Source: Hyphomicrobiales bacterium (GTDB taxonomy: Bacteria > Pseudomonadota > Alphaproteobacteria > Rhizobiales > NORP267). Taken from it: DNA of 64,000 bases. Both the position numbers and the translations under genes were made by a program. Positions 9,661 through 17,934 of the stretch are shown here, piece by piece; the first letter of the stretch is position 1; each line of letters opens with the position of its first letter. Below the pieces are notes generated by a model. That model had not been told where the DNA came from. It ran no database searches and was given only the letters and a program-made list of their open reading frames with translations. The DNA is taken from NCBI GenBank assembly GCA_030688605.1, contig JAUYJB010000051.1, forward strand, positions 304-64,303, given 5' to 3'.

Positions 9661-10884
9661 ATGCAGGCCCGGCCGGAGAGGGACCCCATGCTTGCTGGTA
9701 TCAGGGTTCTCGATCTCAGCAGCCGCTTGGGTTGGCCGGCCGGGCACATCCTCACCGACCTTGGCGCCGACGTCATCAAGATCGAACCGCCGGGCGCCGA
9801 TCTTGATGACGCGGACTGGCGCCCCTTCAACGTCTCCAAGCGGCTGTTGCAGATCGACCCGGCGAGCAAGGCCGGCCGCCGGGCGATATTGGCGATGATC
9901 ACCCGGGTTGACATTCTCATCGAGACCGCCGAGCCCGGCGATCCGGCGAGCGACTGGCTTGCCCCGGAGCGGATCAGGGCGCTCAATCCCGACCTCATTC
10001 ATGTTTCCATCACCCCTTACGGGCATACCGGCCCGCGCGCCGGCTGGCGCGGCACGGACCTGGAAATCATGGCCGCCGGCGGCGCCATGGGGCTCGCCGG
10101 CGAGCCCGACGGGGAGCCTTTGCGCATCTCCGTGCCGCAGGCTCATTCATGGGCCGGCGCGCATGCCGCGAGCGGCGCCCTCATGGCGCTGTTGCACCGC
10201 CAGGCGGGCGGCGGCGGCCAGCATGTCGACGTCTCCGCCCAGGCTTCGATCATCATCGCGCTCGCCCACGCGCCGGCCTTCGCCGACATGCTGGGCGTGG
10301 CGCCGAGCCGGGCAGGCTCGCGCCTTACCGGCCGCTCGGTGCACGGCGCCGTGTTCCGCGCCTTCTGGCGCTGCAAGGACGGCTATATCAACTTCGTCCT
10401 CTATGGCGGGGTGGCGGGCTGTCGAACCAATGAGGGCCTCACCGCGTGGATGCGCGCGAAGGGGTTCGACCTCGGTCCGCTCGCAGACCTCGACTGGAGG
10501 ACCTTCGACCCGACGAGAGTTACGCAGGAAGAGGTCGATCGGATCGAGGCGGCGCTCACGGCATTCTTCGCAAGCCTGTCCAAGTTCGAGTTCCTGCAGG
10601 GCGCCTGCGAGCGCGAGATGCTCGGCTATCCGGTCTCGAACGTCGCCGACATCGCCGCCGACCCGCAGCTCGACGCGCGCGGCTTCTGGCAGGATCTGGC
10701 CTTGCCCGGCGGCGGCAGCGAGCGCCACTGCGGCGCGTTCTACATCGCCGACGGCGCGCGCCCCGGCTTGCGCAATCCGGCGCTCGACGGCAGCGGAGAG
10801 CCCCACGAAATCCTCAAGGACCTTGAATTTTCGGATGCCGAGATCGAGGTCCTGCTCGACAAGAGCGCGGCGGGCGCGGCATGA
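9661..10884 (+). CDS. CaiB/BaiF family III CoA-transferase, subunit/paralogue 1 (catalytic Asp apparently replaced)
   Basis: The C-terminal third of the chimeric track ORF 8143..10884. GIRVLDLSSRLGWPAGHILTDLGADVIKIEPPG is the family III N-terminal motif. The start is ATG 9661 (AGGA upstream) or ATG 9688. The stop overlaps the next gene (ATGA at 10881-10884). Confidence 0.85.
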   Translation: MQARPERDPMLAGIRVLDLSSRLGWPAGHILTDLGADVIKIEPPGADLDDADWRPFNVSKRLLQIDPASKAGRRAILAMITRVDILIETAEPGDPASDWLAPERIRALNPDLIHVSITPYGHTGPRAGWRGTDLEIMAAGGAMGLAGEPDGEPLRISVPQAHSWAGAHAASGALMALLHRQAGGGGQHVDVSAQASIIIALAHAPAFADMLGVAPSRAGSRLTGRSVHGAVFRAFWRCKDGYINFVLYGGVAGCRTNEGLTAWMRAKGFDLGPLADLDWRTFDPTRVTQEEVDRIEAALTAFFASLSKFEFLQGACEREMLGYPVSNVADIAADPQLDARGFWQDLALPGGGSERHCGAFYIADGARPGLRNPALDGSGEPHEILKDLEFSDAEIEVLLDKSAAGAA

Positions 10885-12101
10885 GCGACACGCCACAGGC
10901 GCTGGCGGGCGTCAAGGTCGTCGAGTTCGGCGCCTATGCCGCGGGCCCGCACATCGGCAAGCTGCTCGGCAATTTCGGCGCCGTCGTCGCGCACGTGGAA
11001 TCGTTCCAGCGCCCGGACGGCTTTCGACTGCAATATCCGCCCTACAAGGACGGCGTCGTCGGGGTCAACCGCAGCGGCTGCTTCTCGATATTCAACGATT
11101 CCAAATATGGCGTCACCGTCGACGTCAAGAACCCGGCGGGCCTCGAGATCGCGCGGCGGCTGATGGACTGGGCCGACGTGGTGATCGAGAATATGCGACC
11201 CGGGGTCATGGACCGCATCGGCCTCGGCTATGCGGTGGCGTGCAGGACGAACCCCGGCCTCGTCATGCTTTCGACCTGCAATATGGGCCAGACCGGCCCG
11301 CGCGCCCAGACGCCGGGATTCGGCACCCAATTGTCGTCGCTGGCCGGATTCTGCGGCGCCATCGGCGAGCCGGACGGCTCGCCGATGCTTCTCTACGGCC
11401 CCTATATCGACTTCGTCGCCTCGATGATGGGATCGTCCGCCGTGCTCGCCGCGCTGGCGCGCCGCCGGGCCACCGGCAAGGGGACGCTGATCGATCTTTC
11501 GCAATATGAGACCGGCCTTCATTTCATGGCCGGCGCACTGTTGGCCTATCACCGCGACGGCGTCATCGCCGAGCGCCGGGGAAACCGCGACGACAAGGCC
11601 GCCCCGCACGGCGCCTACCGCTGCCGCGAGGACCGCTGGCTCGCTCTGTCGTGCTGGTCGGACGCCGAGTTCTCGGCCCTTGCCGAAACGCTCGGCAAAC
11701 CGGCGCTTGCCGCGGATGCGCGCTTCGCCGGCGCCGAAGAAAGGCTCAAAAATGTCAAGGCGCTCGATGCCGCTCTTGCGCCCCTGTTGCGCGAGCGCGA
11801 CGCGGAAGCCGCCGCCGAGACGCTGCAGGGGGCGGGCATCGCCGCCTATCCGGTGAACAGCATGGCCGACCTCTTCACCGACCCGCAGCTTGTCGAGCGC
11901 AGGCTCTGGCGCCGGCGCGAGCATGCGGAAATCGGCCAGCAGAGCTATGAAATGCCGGGCTTCGCGCTCACCGCGACCCCCGGCGACGTGACCCGCGCCG
12001 CGCCCATTCTCGGCGGCGACAACGAAACCGTGTTCAAACGGTTTCTCGGCCTGTCCGACGCCGAGTATGCCGCCTACGCCGAAAAGGGCGCCTTCGATTA
12101 G
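10881..12101 (+). CDS. CaiB/BaiF family III CoA-transferase, subunit/paralogue 2 (retains Asp in the GPYIDF context)
   Basis: 406-aa ORF. GVKVVEFGAYAAGPHIGKLLGNFGAVVAHVE, MRPGVMDRIGLGY and LLYGPYIDFVASMMGSSAVLAAL are typical of family III CoA-transferases. Confidence 0.9.
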   Translation: MSDTPQALAGVKVVEFGAYAAGPHIGKLLGNFGAVVAHVESFQRPDGFRLQYPPYKDGVVGVNRSGCFSIFNDSKYGVTVDVKNPAGLEIARRLMDWADVVIENMRPGVMDRIGLGYAVACRTNPGLVMLSTCNMGQTGPRAQTPGFGTQLSSLAGFCGAIGEPDGSPMLLYGPYIDFVASMMGSSAVLAALARRRATGKGTLIDLSQYETGLHFMAGALLAYHRDGVIAERRGNRDDKAAPHGAYRCREDRWLALSCWSDAEFSALAETLGKPALAADARFAGAEERLKNVKALDAALAPLLRERDAEAAAETLQGAGIAAYPVNSMADLFTDPQLVERRLWRRREHAEIGQQSYEMPGFALTATPGDVTRAAPILGGDNETVFKRFLGLSDAEYAAYAEKGAFD

Positions 12102-12140
12102 GCGGCGACCGGCGAACGGGCCCTTTCGAACCCCGCGGCC

Positions 12141-12156
12141 ATTTCAGATCTGAAAT
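12141..12156. promoter_or_regulatory. perfect 16-bp palindrome ATTTCAGATCTGAAAT (same motif as 7117-7132)
   Basis: Located between the CoA-transferase stop (12101) and the activator gene start. It is AT-rich, so it is not a GC-stem terminator. Its flanks CC...CG are shared with the 7115-7134 copy. Confidence 0.45.
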
Positions 12157-12246
12157 CGGCGCCCGCAACATGTCCCCGCCACACCGCGATTTTAGGCGGT
12201 TTTCCACATAGGATTGAATCCGGTCCCTGCCGCGCCTAGACTGGCC

Positions 12247-12262
12247 TTTTCAAACGTGAAAA
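12247..12262. promoter_or_regulatory. third copy of the TTTCA-N4-TGAAA palindrome (TTTTCAaacgTGAAAA)
   Basis: Perfect 6-bp arms with a 4-nt spacer, ending 12 nt upstream of the ATG at 12274 of the sigma-54 activator. This position suggests autoregulation. Confidence 0.45.
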
Positions 12263-12273
12263 AGGTTCCGGCC

Positions 12274-13881
12274 ATGGCTGACGGCAAGGAGGGGGTGGAG
12301 GTTCTGCGCCGCGCGCTGCCTTTGATCTCGGATGTGGCGGGCGGCGTGGCGATGGTGACCGACGGCGAGGGGTGCTGTCTTCACGCGGTCGATTTCGACG
12401 GCGACCCGCGCCCGGATCTCATTGGCCAGGTCAACGCGACCTGCCGCGACGCGGCGGCAAAGGGCAAGCCCATCGGCGCCGTCTCCGGCGAGTTCAATCA
12501 CCGCTTCTTCGCCATACCCATAGGCGGCTGTGTGCTCGCCGCCTCCAATGAGCGCCGCGCCGACCGCCAGAGCCGGCTGTTCGAGACCCTGAAGGAGACG
12601 TTGCCGCTGATCGCCACGGTGGCCGGCGGCGAGGCGGTGCTGTTCGACCATGGCGGCCGCCGCCTGCTTGCCGCCAATCCGCGCATGAAGGAGGCAAGCC
12701 CCGGCACCGGCGAAGTCTCGGAAAGCTGCCTCAAGGTGATGCGCTCGGGCAAGCCGGACATCAGCCCGTCGACGACCGAGATCGGCGCCACCGCGGTGCG
12801 CATCCCGATCTGCGCGGCCTTCGGCTTCGGCTTCAACAACGCCGAGTCGATCCGCCAGCGGGCCAAGCTCCTGAGCCAGGTCAGGCGCGAGCGGGCGGCG
12901 AAATATTCATGGGACGACGTGGTCGGCATCGACGGCGCCTTGAGGGCTCCCTTCGACGCGGCACGGCGAGCGGCGGCAACCCGTTCGCCGGTGATCATCT
13001 ACGGCGAAAGCGGCACCGGCAAGGAGCTGTTCGCCCAGGCGATCCACAATTCCTCGCCGCGCGCAGACAAGCCGTTCGTTGCCATCAACTGCGCGGCGCT
13101 GCCGGAAACGCTCGTGGAGACCACCTTCTTCGGCTATCTGGAAGGCGCGTTTACCGGCGCCCGGCGCGGCGGCCAGAAGGGCCTGTTCGAGCAGGCCGAC
13201 GGCGGCACGCTGCTGCTCGACGAGGTCAGCGAGATGCCGCTCGAGTTCCAGGCCAAGCTGTTGCGCACCTTGCAGGAGCGCGAGGTCACCCCTATCGGTG
13301 GCGCCAGGCCCGTTGCGGTCGACGTCCGGGTTATCTGCACCAGCAACCGGGACCTTGCCCAATGCGTCGCCGACGGCACCTGGCGGCCCGACCTGTTCTA
13401 CCGGCTCAACGTGGTCGACATTCACCTGCCGCCCCTGCGTGCGCACAAGGAGGATATCCCGGTGCTGGTCGAGGCGATCCGCGCCAAGCTGTCGGACCGC
13501 GACGGGCGGACCCTGGCGCCGATCCCGGCGCCGGTCGTGGAAAACCTCAAGGGCTATGACTGGCCGGGCAATGTACGCGAGCTGCAGAACGTGCTCGACC
13601 GGGCCTATAATCTCGCGGGCGACGGGCCGATCGCTATCCCGCACCTGCCGGTCTTTCTGGCCGCCCGGGCGCAGGCGGCGCCCGCCGGCGCGAGCGGCGA
13701 GGCCGACACAAGGCTGAGCACGCTGCTTTCGGCGACCGAGCGGCAGCTTCTGCTCGGCACGCTTGAGCGCTGCAACGGCAACCGCACCCGCGCGGCCAAG
13801 CAGCTGGGGATCAGCGTCACCACCCTGTGGCGCAGGCTGCGCAAGATCGAGCGGGCAGGGGGACGCCCGGCGCCGCGCTGA
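12274..13881 (+). CDS. sigma-54-dependent transcriptional activator (bEBP) with duplicated N-terminal sensor module
   Basis: AAA+ core with Walker A GESGTGKE, the sigma-54 contact loop GAFTGA (YLEGAFTGARRG), DEVSEMP, WPGNVRELQN, and a C-terminal Fis-type HTH (RTRAAKQLGISVTTLWRRLRK). The ATG at 12274 is preferred over the TTG at 12214. Confidence 0.9.
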   Translation: MADGKEGVEVLRRALPLISDVAGGVAMVTDGEGCCLHAVDFDGDPRPDLIGQVNATCRDAAAKGKPIGAVSGEFNHRFFAIPIGGCVLAASNERRADRQSRLFETLKETLPLIATVAGGEAVLFDHGGRRLLAANPRMKEASPGTGEVSESCLKVMRSGKPDISPSTTEIGATAVRIPICAAFGFGFNNAESIRQRAKLLSQVRRERAAKYSWDDVVGIDGALRAPFDAARRAAATRSPVIIYGESGTGKELFAQAIHNSSPRADKPFVAINCAALPETLVETTFFGYLEGAFTGARRGGQKGLFEQADGGTLLLDEVSEMPLEFQAKLLRTLQEREVTPIGGARPVAVDVRVICTSNRDLAQCVADGTWRPDLFYRLNVVDIHLPPLRAHKEDIPVLVEAIRAKLSDRDGRTLAPIPAPVVENLKGYDWPGNVRELQNVLDRAYNLAGDGPIAIPHLPVFLAARAQAAPAGASGEADTRLSTLLSATERQLLLGTLERCNGNRTRAAKQLGISVTTLWRRLRKIERAGGRPAPR

Positions 13882-13902
13882 CTTGGGGCCCATTGCGACC
13901 GG

Positions 13903-14718
13903 CTACGGCCTTGCGACGACGATGTGGGCGCGGGTCGGCAGCGTGACGCCTTCGCCGGTCAGGTAAGGGCCGAGGATCGCTTCGACATCGGCGAGGAAGT
14001 CGCGCTTGCGCGCCTCGAGAAGCTGAGCGAGCGCGTGGCGCGATGCAGGGGCACCTGCCGCGACGCCGTCCACGAAAGCGGAAACGGAGGGAAAACGCGC
14101 CTGCCGCTCTTCCGCGTGCACCGTAATTCCGCGGAACCCAGCCTGAAGCATCAACGCCTTGACCCTTTCCTTCTCGCCGAGGGAGAAGGGGCGCGATGCC
14201 GGCGCGATGTTCTGCCGCTCCAGCGCCCGGGCGATCGCGTAATGGCCCTTATTGTGCTCGATCGAGCACCACATGCTCGCGATGAGCCGGCCCGAGGGCT
14301 TGAGGACGCGGCGCAGATCGCTCAGGCCCGCGGCCGGGTCGGAGAAGAATTGCGGACCCTGCAGGCACAGGCAGAGATCGAAGGTCCGATCGGCGAAGGG
14401 AAGTTCGAGCACACTTTCGCAATGCCATTCGGCAACGATCCCCTCTTGCTCCGCGATCCGGCGCGCCACCGCGACCATGCCCGGGTCGTTGTCGACGCCC
14501 ACCAGCCGGCCCGCCGGCATGACGTGCGGCGCGGCGAGGCGGACGCCGATGCCGGTCCCGCAGGGCGCATCGAGCACCGTCTCGCCAGGCTCGGGCGCGG
14601 CGATGTCGACGGCGCGCGCCGCCCAGGGGCCGAAAATCCGCGTTACCAGATGGGTTTCATAGGCTTCGGCCGCCGCTTCCGCCGCACCGATCGCGCTCGC
14701 CGTCTCGCCGTCCCGCAT
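13903..14718 (-). CDS. class I SAM-dependent methyltransferase
   Basis: Motif I VLDAPCGTGIG, followed by VGVDNDPGMV and RVLKPSGRL, as in Methyltransf_11/25-like proteins. Confidence 0.8.
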   Translation of the reverse strand: MRDGETASAIGAAEAAAEAYETHLVTRIFGPWAARAVDIAAPEPGETVLDAPCGTGIGVRLAAPHVMPAGRLVGVDNDPGMVAVARRIAEQEGIVAEWHCESVLELPFADRTFDLCLCLQGPQFFSDPAAGLSDLRRVLKPSGRLIASMWCSIEHNKGHYAIARALERQNIAPASRPFSLGEKERVKALMLQAGFRGITVHAEERQARFPSVSAFVDGVAAGAPASRHALAQLLEARKRDFLADVEAILGPYLTGEGVTLPTRAHIVVARP

Positions 14719-14823
14719 ATTGCCCTCGTAGGGTCTTGCCCGCTCCTTGCCGGGGGCCGCCCCCCTGTCCCGGTGAAGGTCTCCATAGCCACCGGGATTC
14801 CGCCAATTTCTGCATTTTCAGCG

Positions 14824-14841
14824 CAAAAAACGATTTTTGCA
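14824..14841. promoter_or_regulatory. palindrome GCAAAAA-acga-TTTTTGC in the divergent methyltransferase/enolase-family intergenic region
   Basis: Perfect 7-bp arms with a 4-nt spacer. It is a candidate operator (possibly for the neighbouring GntR regulators). No binding data are available. Confidence 0.3.
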
Positions 14842-14949
14842 GCCGAAGCCCAAAGATGGAAGTAACGCCGTTTCCTTGAGGATTGACAAGAAATGGCTTA
14901 GCTCATAGCCTAAAGTTGCATTTTATAAGCAAAAAAACCAGGGGAGACG

Positions 14950-16149
14950 ATGAAGATCAAGGACATCCGGGCAAGCGTGCACCGGCTGCCCATCTATCTG
15001 CCCCTGTTCGACGCGCCCATCGATCATCGCGACCACGTTTTCTGCGAGGTCGAGACCGACGAGGGCGTGGTCGGCTTCGGCATGACGACGCGTTTCGTGG
15101 CCGGCGCCGTCGTCAGCATCCTCACCCGCGACATATTTCCGGCGGTCAAGGACATGGACCCGCGGGATCTTGAGCGGATCCACGAGCGGGTGCGCGCCGT
15201 TGTCAGCGAGCGCGGCTTCGTCACCGGCGCCAATCTCGCCGCCGCATCCTGCTTCGACCTGGCGCTGTGGGACATCATCGGCATCGAGGCCAACCGCACC
15301 GTGGCGCAGCTTCTCGGCGGCTACCGCGACCACGCCACCGTCTACGTGACCTACGGCTTCGGCAACTACGACAAGGACCAGCTTGTCGAACTGGCGCGCC
15401 GGCTGATCGCGCAAGGCCACACGCGGCTGAAGATGCTGGTCGGGGTGCCGGGACTGGGCTGGCGCGAGGACGCAGCCCGGGTACGCCATGTCCGCGACGC
15501 CATTGGCGCCGACATCGATCTCGCGCTCGACGCCAACGAATCCTATTCGTTGGCCGAGGCCATGAAGCTTTGCCGCGCGGTCGAGGATTGCGACATTGCC
15601 TGGCTCGAGGACCCCGTCCACCGCAACGAAGTCAGGGACCTCGCCCATCTGCGCCGGCACAGCACCATCCCGCTCGCCGCCGGACAGATGGAGGGCTACG
15701 CCCTGCGCTTCCGCGAGTTCATCGAGAACGACGCCATCGATATCCTGCTGGCGAACCCGATGTTCAATGGCGGCATGACCGAGACTCGCAAAGTGGCGGC
15801 TCTGGCGCAGATCTACAACAAGCCGCTGTCCGACGCTGGCGGCGCGACCTATTTCAGCCTCCACCACGTGGCGGCGTTCCGCAACGGGACCCACGTGGAA
15901 TGCCATTTCAAGTCCCAATTCATGGAGGAGAATCTATTCGTTGACGCGCCGAAGCCGACGCAGGGAAAAATGAAAGTACCAAATGCCCCCGGTTTCGGCC
16001 TCAAGGTCAACCGGGATCTGTTGAAGGATAGCCGCATCGACAAGCCATCGGTGCCAAAAGCCGCGCGGCGCGCCCCGGCCGCCGAAGCGGCTCCGGAAGC
16101 CCCGGATCAGGACATCGCTCGAGTGGGAGCAAATGGGAGGAGACAGTGA
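14950..16149 (+). CDS. mandelate racemase/muconate lactonizing enzyme (enolase superfamily) protein
   Basis: MKIKDIR...EVETDEGVVGFG capping domain. Barrel metal-ligand contexts LALDANESY, AWLEDP and AAGQMEG, plus DILLANPMFNGGMTE. The Ala/Pro-rich C-terminal tail and the stop overlap the dctP GTG (GTGA at 16146-16149). Confidence 0.85.
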   Translation: MKIKDIRASVHRLPIYLPLFDAPIDHRDHVFCEVETDEGVVGFGMTTRFVAGAVVSILTRDIFPAVKDMDPRDLERIHERVRAVVSERGFVTGANLAAASCFDLALWDIIGIEANRTVAQLLGGYRDHATVYVTYGFGNYDKDQLVELARRLIAQGHTRLKMLVGVPGLGWREDAARVRHVRDAIGADIDLALDANESYSLAEAMKLCRAVEDCDIAWLEDPVHRNEVRDLAHLRRHSTIPLAAGQMEGYALRFREFIENDAIDILLANPMFNGGMTETRKVAALAQIYNKPLSDAGGATYFSLHHVAAFRNGTHVECHFKSQFMEENLFVDAPKPTQGKMKVPNAPGFGLKVNRDLLKDSRIDKPSVPKAARRAPAAEAAPEAPDQDIARVGANGRRQ

Positions 16150-17150
16150 TCACTTATCTGAAGAAGACCGCTTTGCTGGTGGCGCTTGTGACCGCCGCCG
16201 CACTCATCGCCGCGCCGGAGGCCTCTGCGCAGGCCTTGAAATTGAGGCTTTCGGTGGAAAGCACGCCCGGCGCATCCACCCAGCACATGCTGGCCCAGTT
16301 CCGCGACTTTCTGAAGCAGGAGCTCGGCGACGGCGTCGATATCGAGTTCTTCGACAGCGGGACCCTGGGCGACGAGATCGTCCATATGCAGCAGGTGCGC
16401 ACCGGGCAGCTCGACGTCATCCCGATCGGTTCCGACGCCGTCCAGCTCGACTCGAAATTCGCCGTATTCGACATTCCCTTCCTGTTCTCCAACCGCGACG
16501 AGGTTGTCGCGGTGCTGGACGGAGAGATCGGCGAGCAGCTCGACAAGTCGTTTCAGGAAAAGGCCGGCCTCAAGGTCATCGGCTTCGGCGAGATCGGCTT
16601 TCGCCACATCTCCAACAATGAGCGGCCGGTCCGGGTGCCGGATGACCTGAAAGGTCTGAAATTGCGGACGCCGGGCAGCAAGACGCGCGTCCTGTCCTTC
16701 GAGATGCTCGGCGCTTCGCCGATCTCGATGAACATCGGCGAGGTGTATCTCGCCCTGCAGCAAGGCGTCATCGACGGCCAGGAGAACCCGCTCAGCAACA
16801 TCCGCAAATGGTCTTGGTTCGAGGTGCAAAAATACATTTCCATGTCGAACCACGTTTACACGCCGATTACGCTCGTCATGAACCTCAAGCGCTATGACTC
16901 TCTGACCGACGAGCAGCGCAGCGCGGTCCTCCGCGCCGGTGCGAAGGCGGCCGTGGCAAGCCGCCAGTACGGTGCCGACAACGACGCCAAGCTCCTGGAC
17001 GAGATCAAGACGCTCTCCAAGGGCCAGGTGGAGTTCAACGACATCGATTCTGCGGCCTTCAAGGCGGCAACCAAGCCGATCGCGAAGGAAATCGCCAAGA
17101 TCGCCGGCGAGGACTTTACCGACGCGGTAATGGCCGCCGTCAGCAAATAA
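16146..17150 (+). CDS. dctP: TRAP transporter substrate-binding protein (DctP family)
   Basis: Signal peptide (LLVALVTAAALIAAPEASA), then LRLSVESTPG...QVRTGQLDV...FDIPFLF...LKLRTPGS...VIDGQENPL, typical of DctP. GGGAGGAG Shine-Dalgarno precedes the GTG at 16146. Confidence 0.9.
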   Translation: MITYLKKTALLVALVTAAALIAAPEASAQALKLRLSVESTPGASTQHMLAQFRDFLKQELGDGVDIEFFDSGTLGDEIVHMQQVRTGQLDVIPIGSDAVQLDSKFAVFDIPFLFSNRDEVVAVLDGEIGEQLDKSFQEKAGLKVIGFGEIGFRHISNNERPVRVPDDLKGLKLRTPGSKTRVLSFEMLGASPISMNIGEVYLALQQGVIDGQENPLSNIRKWSWFEVQKYISMSNHVYTPITLVMNLKRYDSLTDEQRSAVLRAGAKAAVASRQYGADNDAKLLDEIKTLSKGQVEFNDIDSAAFKAATKPIAKEIAKIAGEDFTDAVMAAVSK

Positions 17151-17162
17151 GCACCGCCTTGC

Positions 17163-17201
17163 AAGTGGCGGCATGCAACGGGACGCATGCCGCCACTTTT
17201 T
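17163..17201 (+). terminator. intrinsic terminator/attenuator hairpin between dctP and dctQ
   Basis: AAGTGGCGGCATGC (17163-17176) pairs perfectly with GCATGCCGCCACTT (17185-17198) across an 8-nt loop and is followed by a T-run. It starts 13 nt after the dctP stop. Confidence 0.6.
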
Positions 17202-17334
17202 CCGACATTGCCCCGCAAGCGGGCATGTGCCGTCCTTCGCCGGTCGCGGCGGCCGTGCGAGCGGAGCAAAGCGTTAGACAAGGAGGCGCTTTGGTGTTGA
17301 ATCCAGCAAGGCCAGGGAAAAAGAGGGGCAGATC

Positions 17335-17934
17335 ATGAGCGACGAACCGCAGGGCGAGGCGGGCGCCGCCGCGCCGAAAGCCGGCGCGCTTGCCGACCGG
17401 ATCGCCGAAGCGACTCGTCGGTTTGAACTCTACGACCCGGACCAGGGCCTGCCGCTCATCGAGCGCCTGGTCAACCGAGCTGTCGAGGCCATCGGCGCGT
17501 TGGCCTTGTGCGGCATCGTCGCCGTTGTGTTTTCGAACGCGCTGGCGCGCTACCTGTTGAACACCAGCTTCCTGTGGGCCGAGGAGGTGGTGCTGCTTCT
17601 GGTGCCGTGGCTGGCGATGACCGGCGTCTTCCTGTCGGTGCGCCGCGGCTCCATGATCCGCATCGACTTCTTCTTCGAGAAACTGCCGGCCAAGTGGCGC
17701 CGCCCGATCGGTGCCGCCGGCTATGCGATCAGCATCGCCGTCCTCCTCTTCATGGGCTGGGTCTCATTCGATTTCCTGCGGCTGTTCGGCGGCGACGTCG
17801 CCGTCTATCTGAACATCCGCATTGGATGGTCGACCTCGGCGCTCAGCTTCGGCGCCTTCGGCGCGGCGCTCGCCTTCCTGGTCGCGTTCCACCATGAGCG
17901 TCGCAGGGAAAAGCGCAGGGCGTTGCGGTCATGA
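17335..17934 (+). CDS. dctQ: TRAP transporter small permease (DctQ family)
   Basis: 199-aa ORF with four hydrophobic segments (NALARYLLNTSFLWAEEVVLLLVPWLAMTG). Its position between dctP and dctM fits. The stop overlaps the dctM start (ATGA). Confidence 0.85.
   Translation: MSDEPQGEAGAAAPKAGALADRIAEATRRFELYDPDQGLPLIERLVNRAVEAIGALALCGIVAVVFSNALARYLLNTSFLWAEEVVLLLVPWLAMTGVFLSVRRGSMIRIDFFFEKLPAKWRRPIGAAGYAISIAVLLFMGWVSFDFLRLFGGDVAVYLNIRIGWSTSALSFGAFGAALAFLVAFHHERRREKRRALRS

Noticed and set aside
8143-10884. 913-aa ORF in the track spanning ubiD and the first CoA-transferase
   Set aside because: The first ~500 codons are an out-of-frame, Arg/Pro/Gly-rich read-through of the UbiD gene, which is a high-GC artefact. 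Only the part from ATG 9661 (or 9688) onward has family III CoA-transferase motifs.
14883-14935. Possible sigma-54 or sigma-70 promoter upstream of the enolase-family gene (TGGCTTagctcaTAGC; TTGACA at 14883)
   Set aside because: The GG..GC spacing is off by one and the -12 element is poor. No -10 hexamer lies at a proper distance from the TTGACA. I could not support either call.
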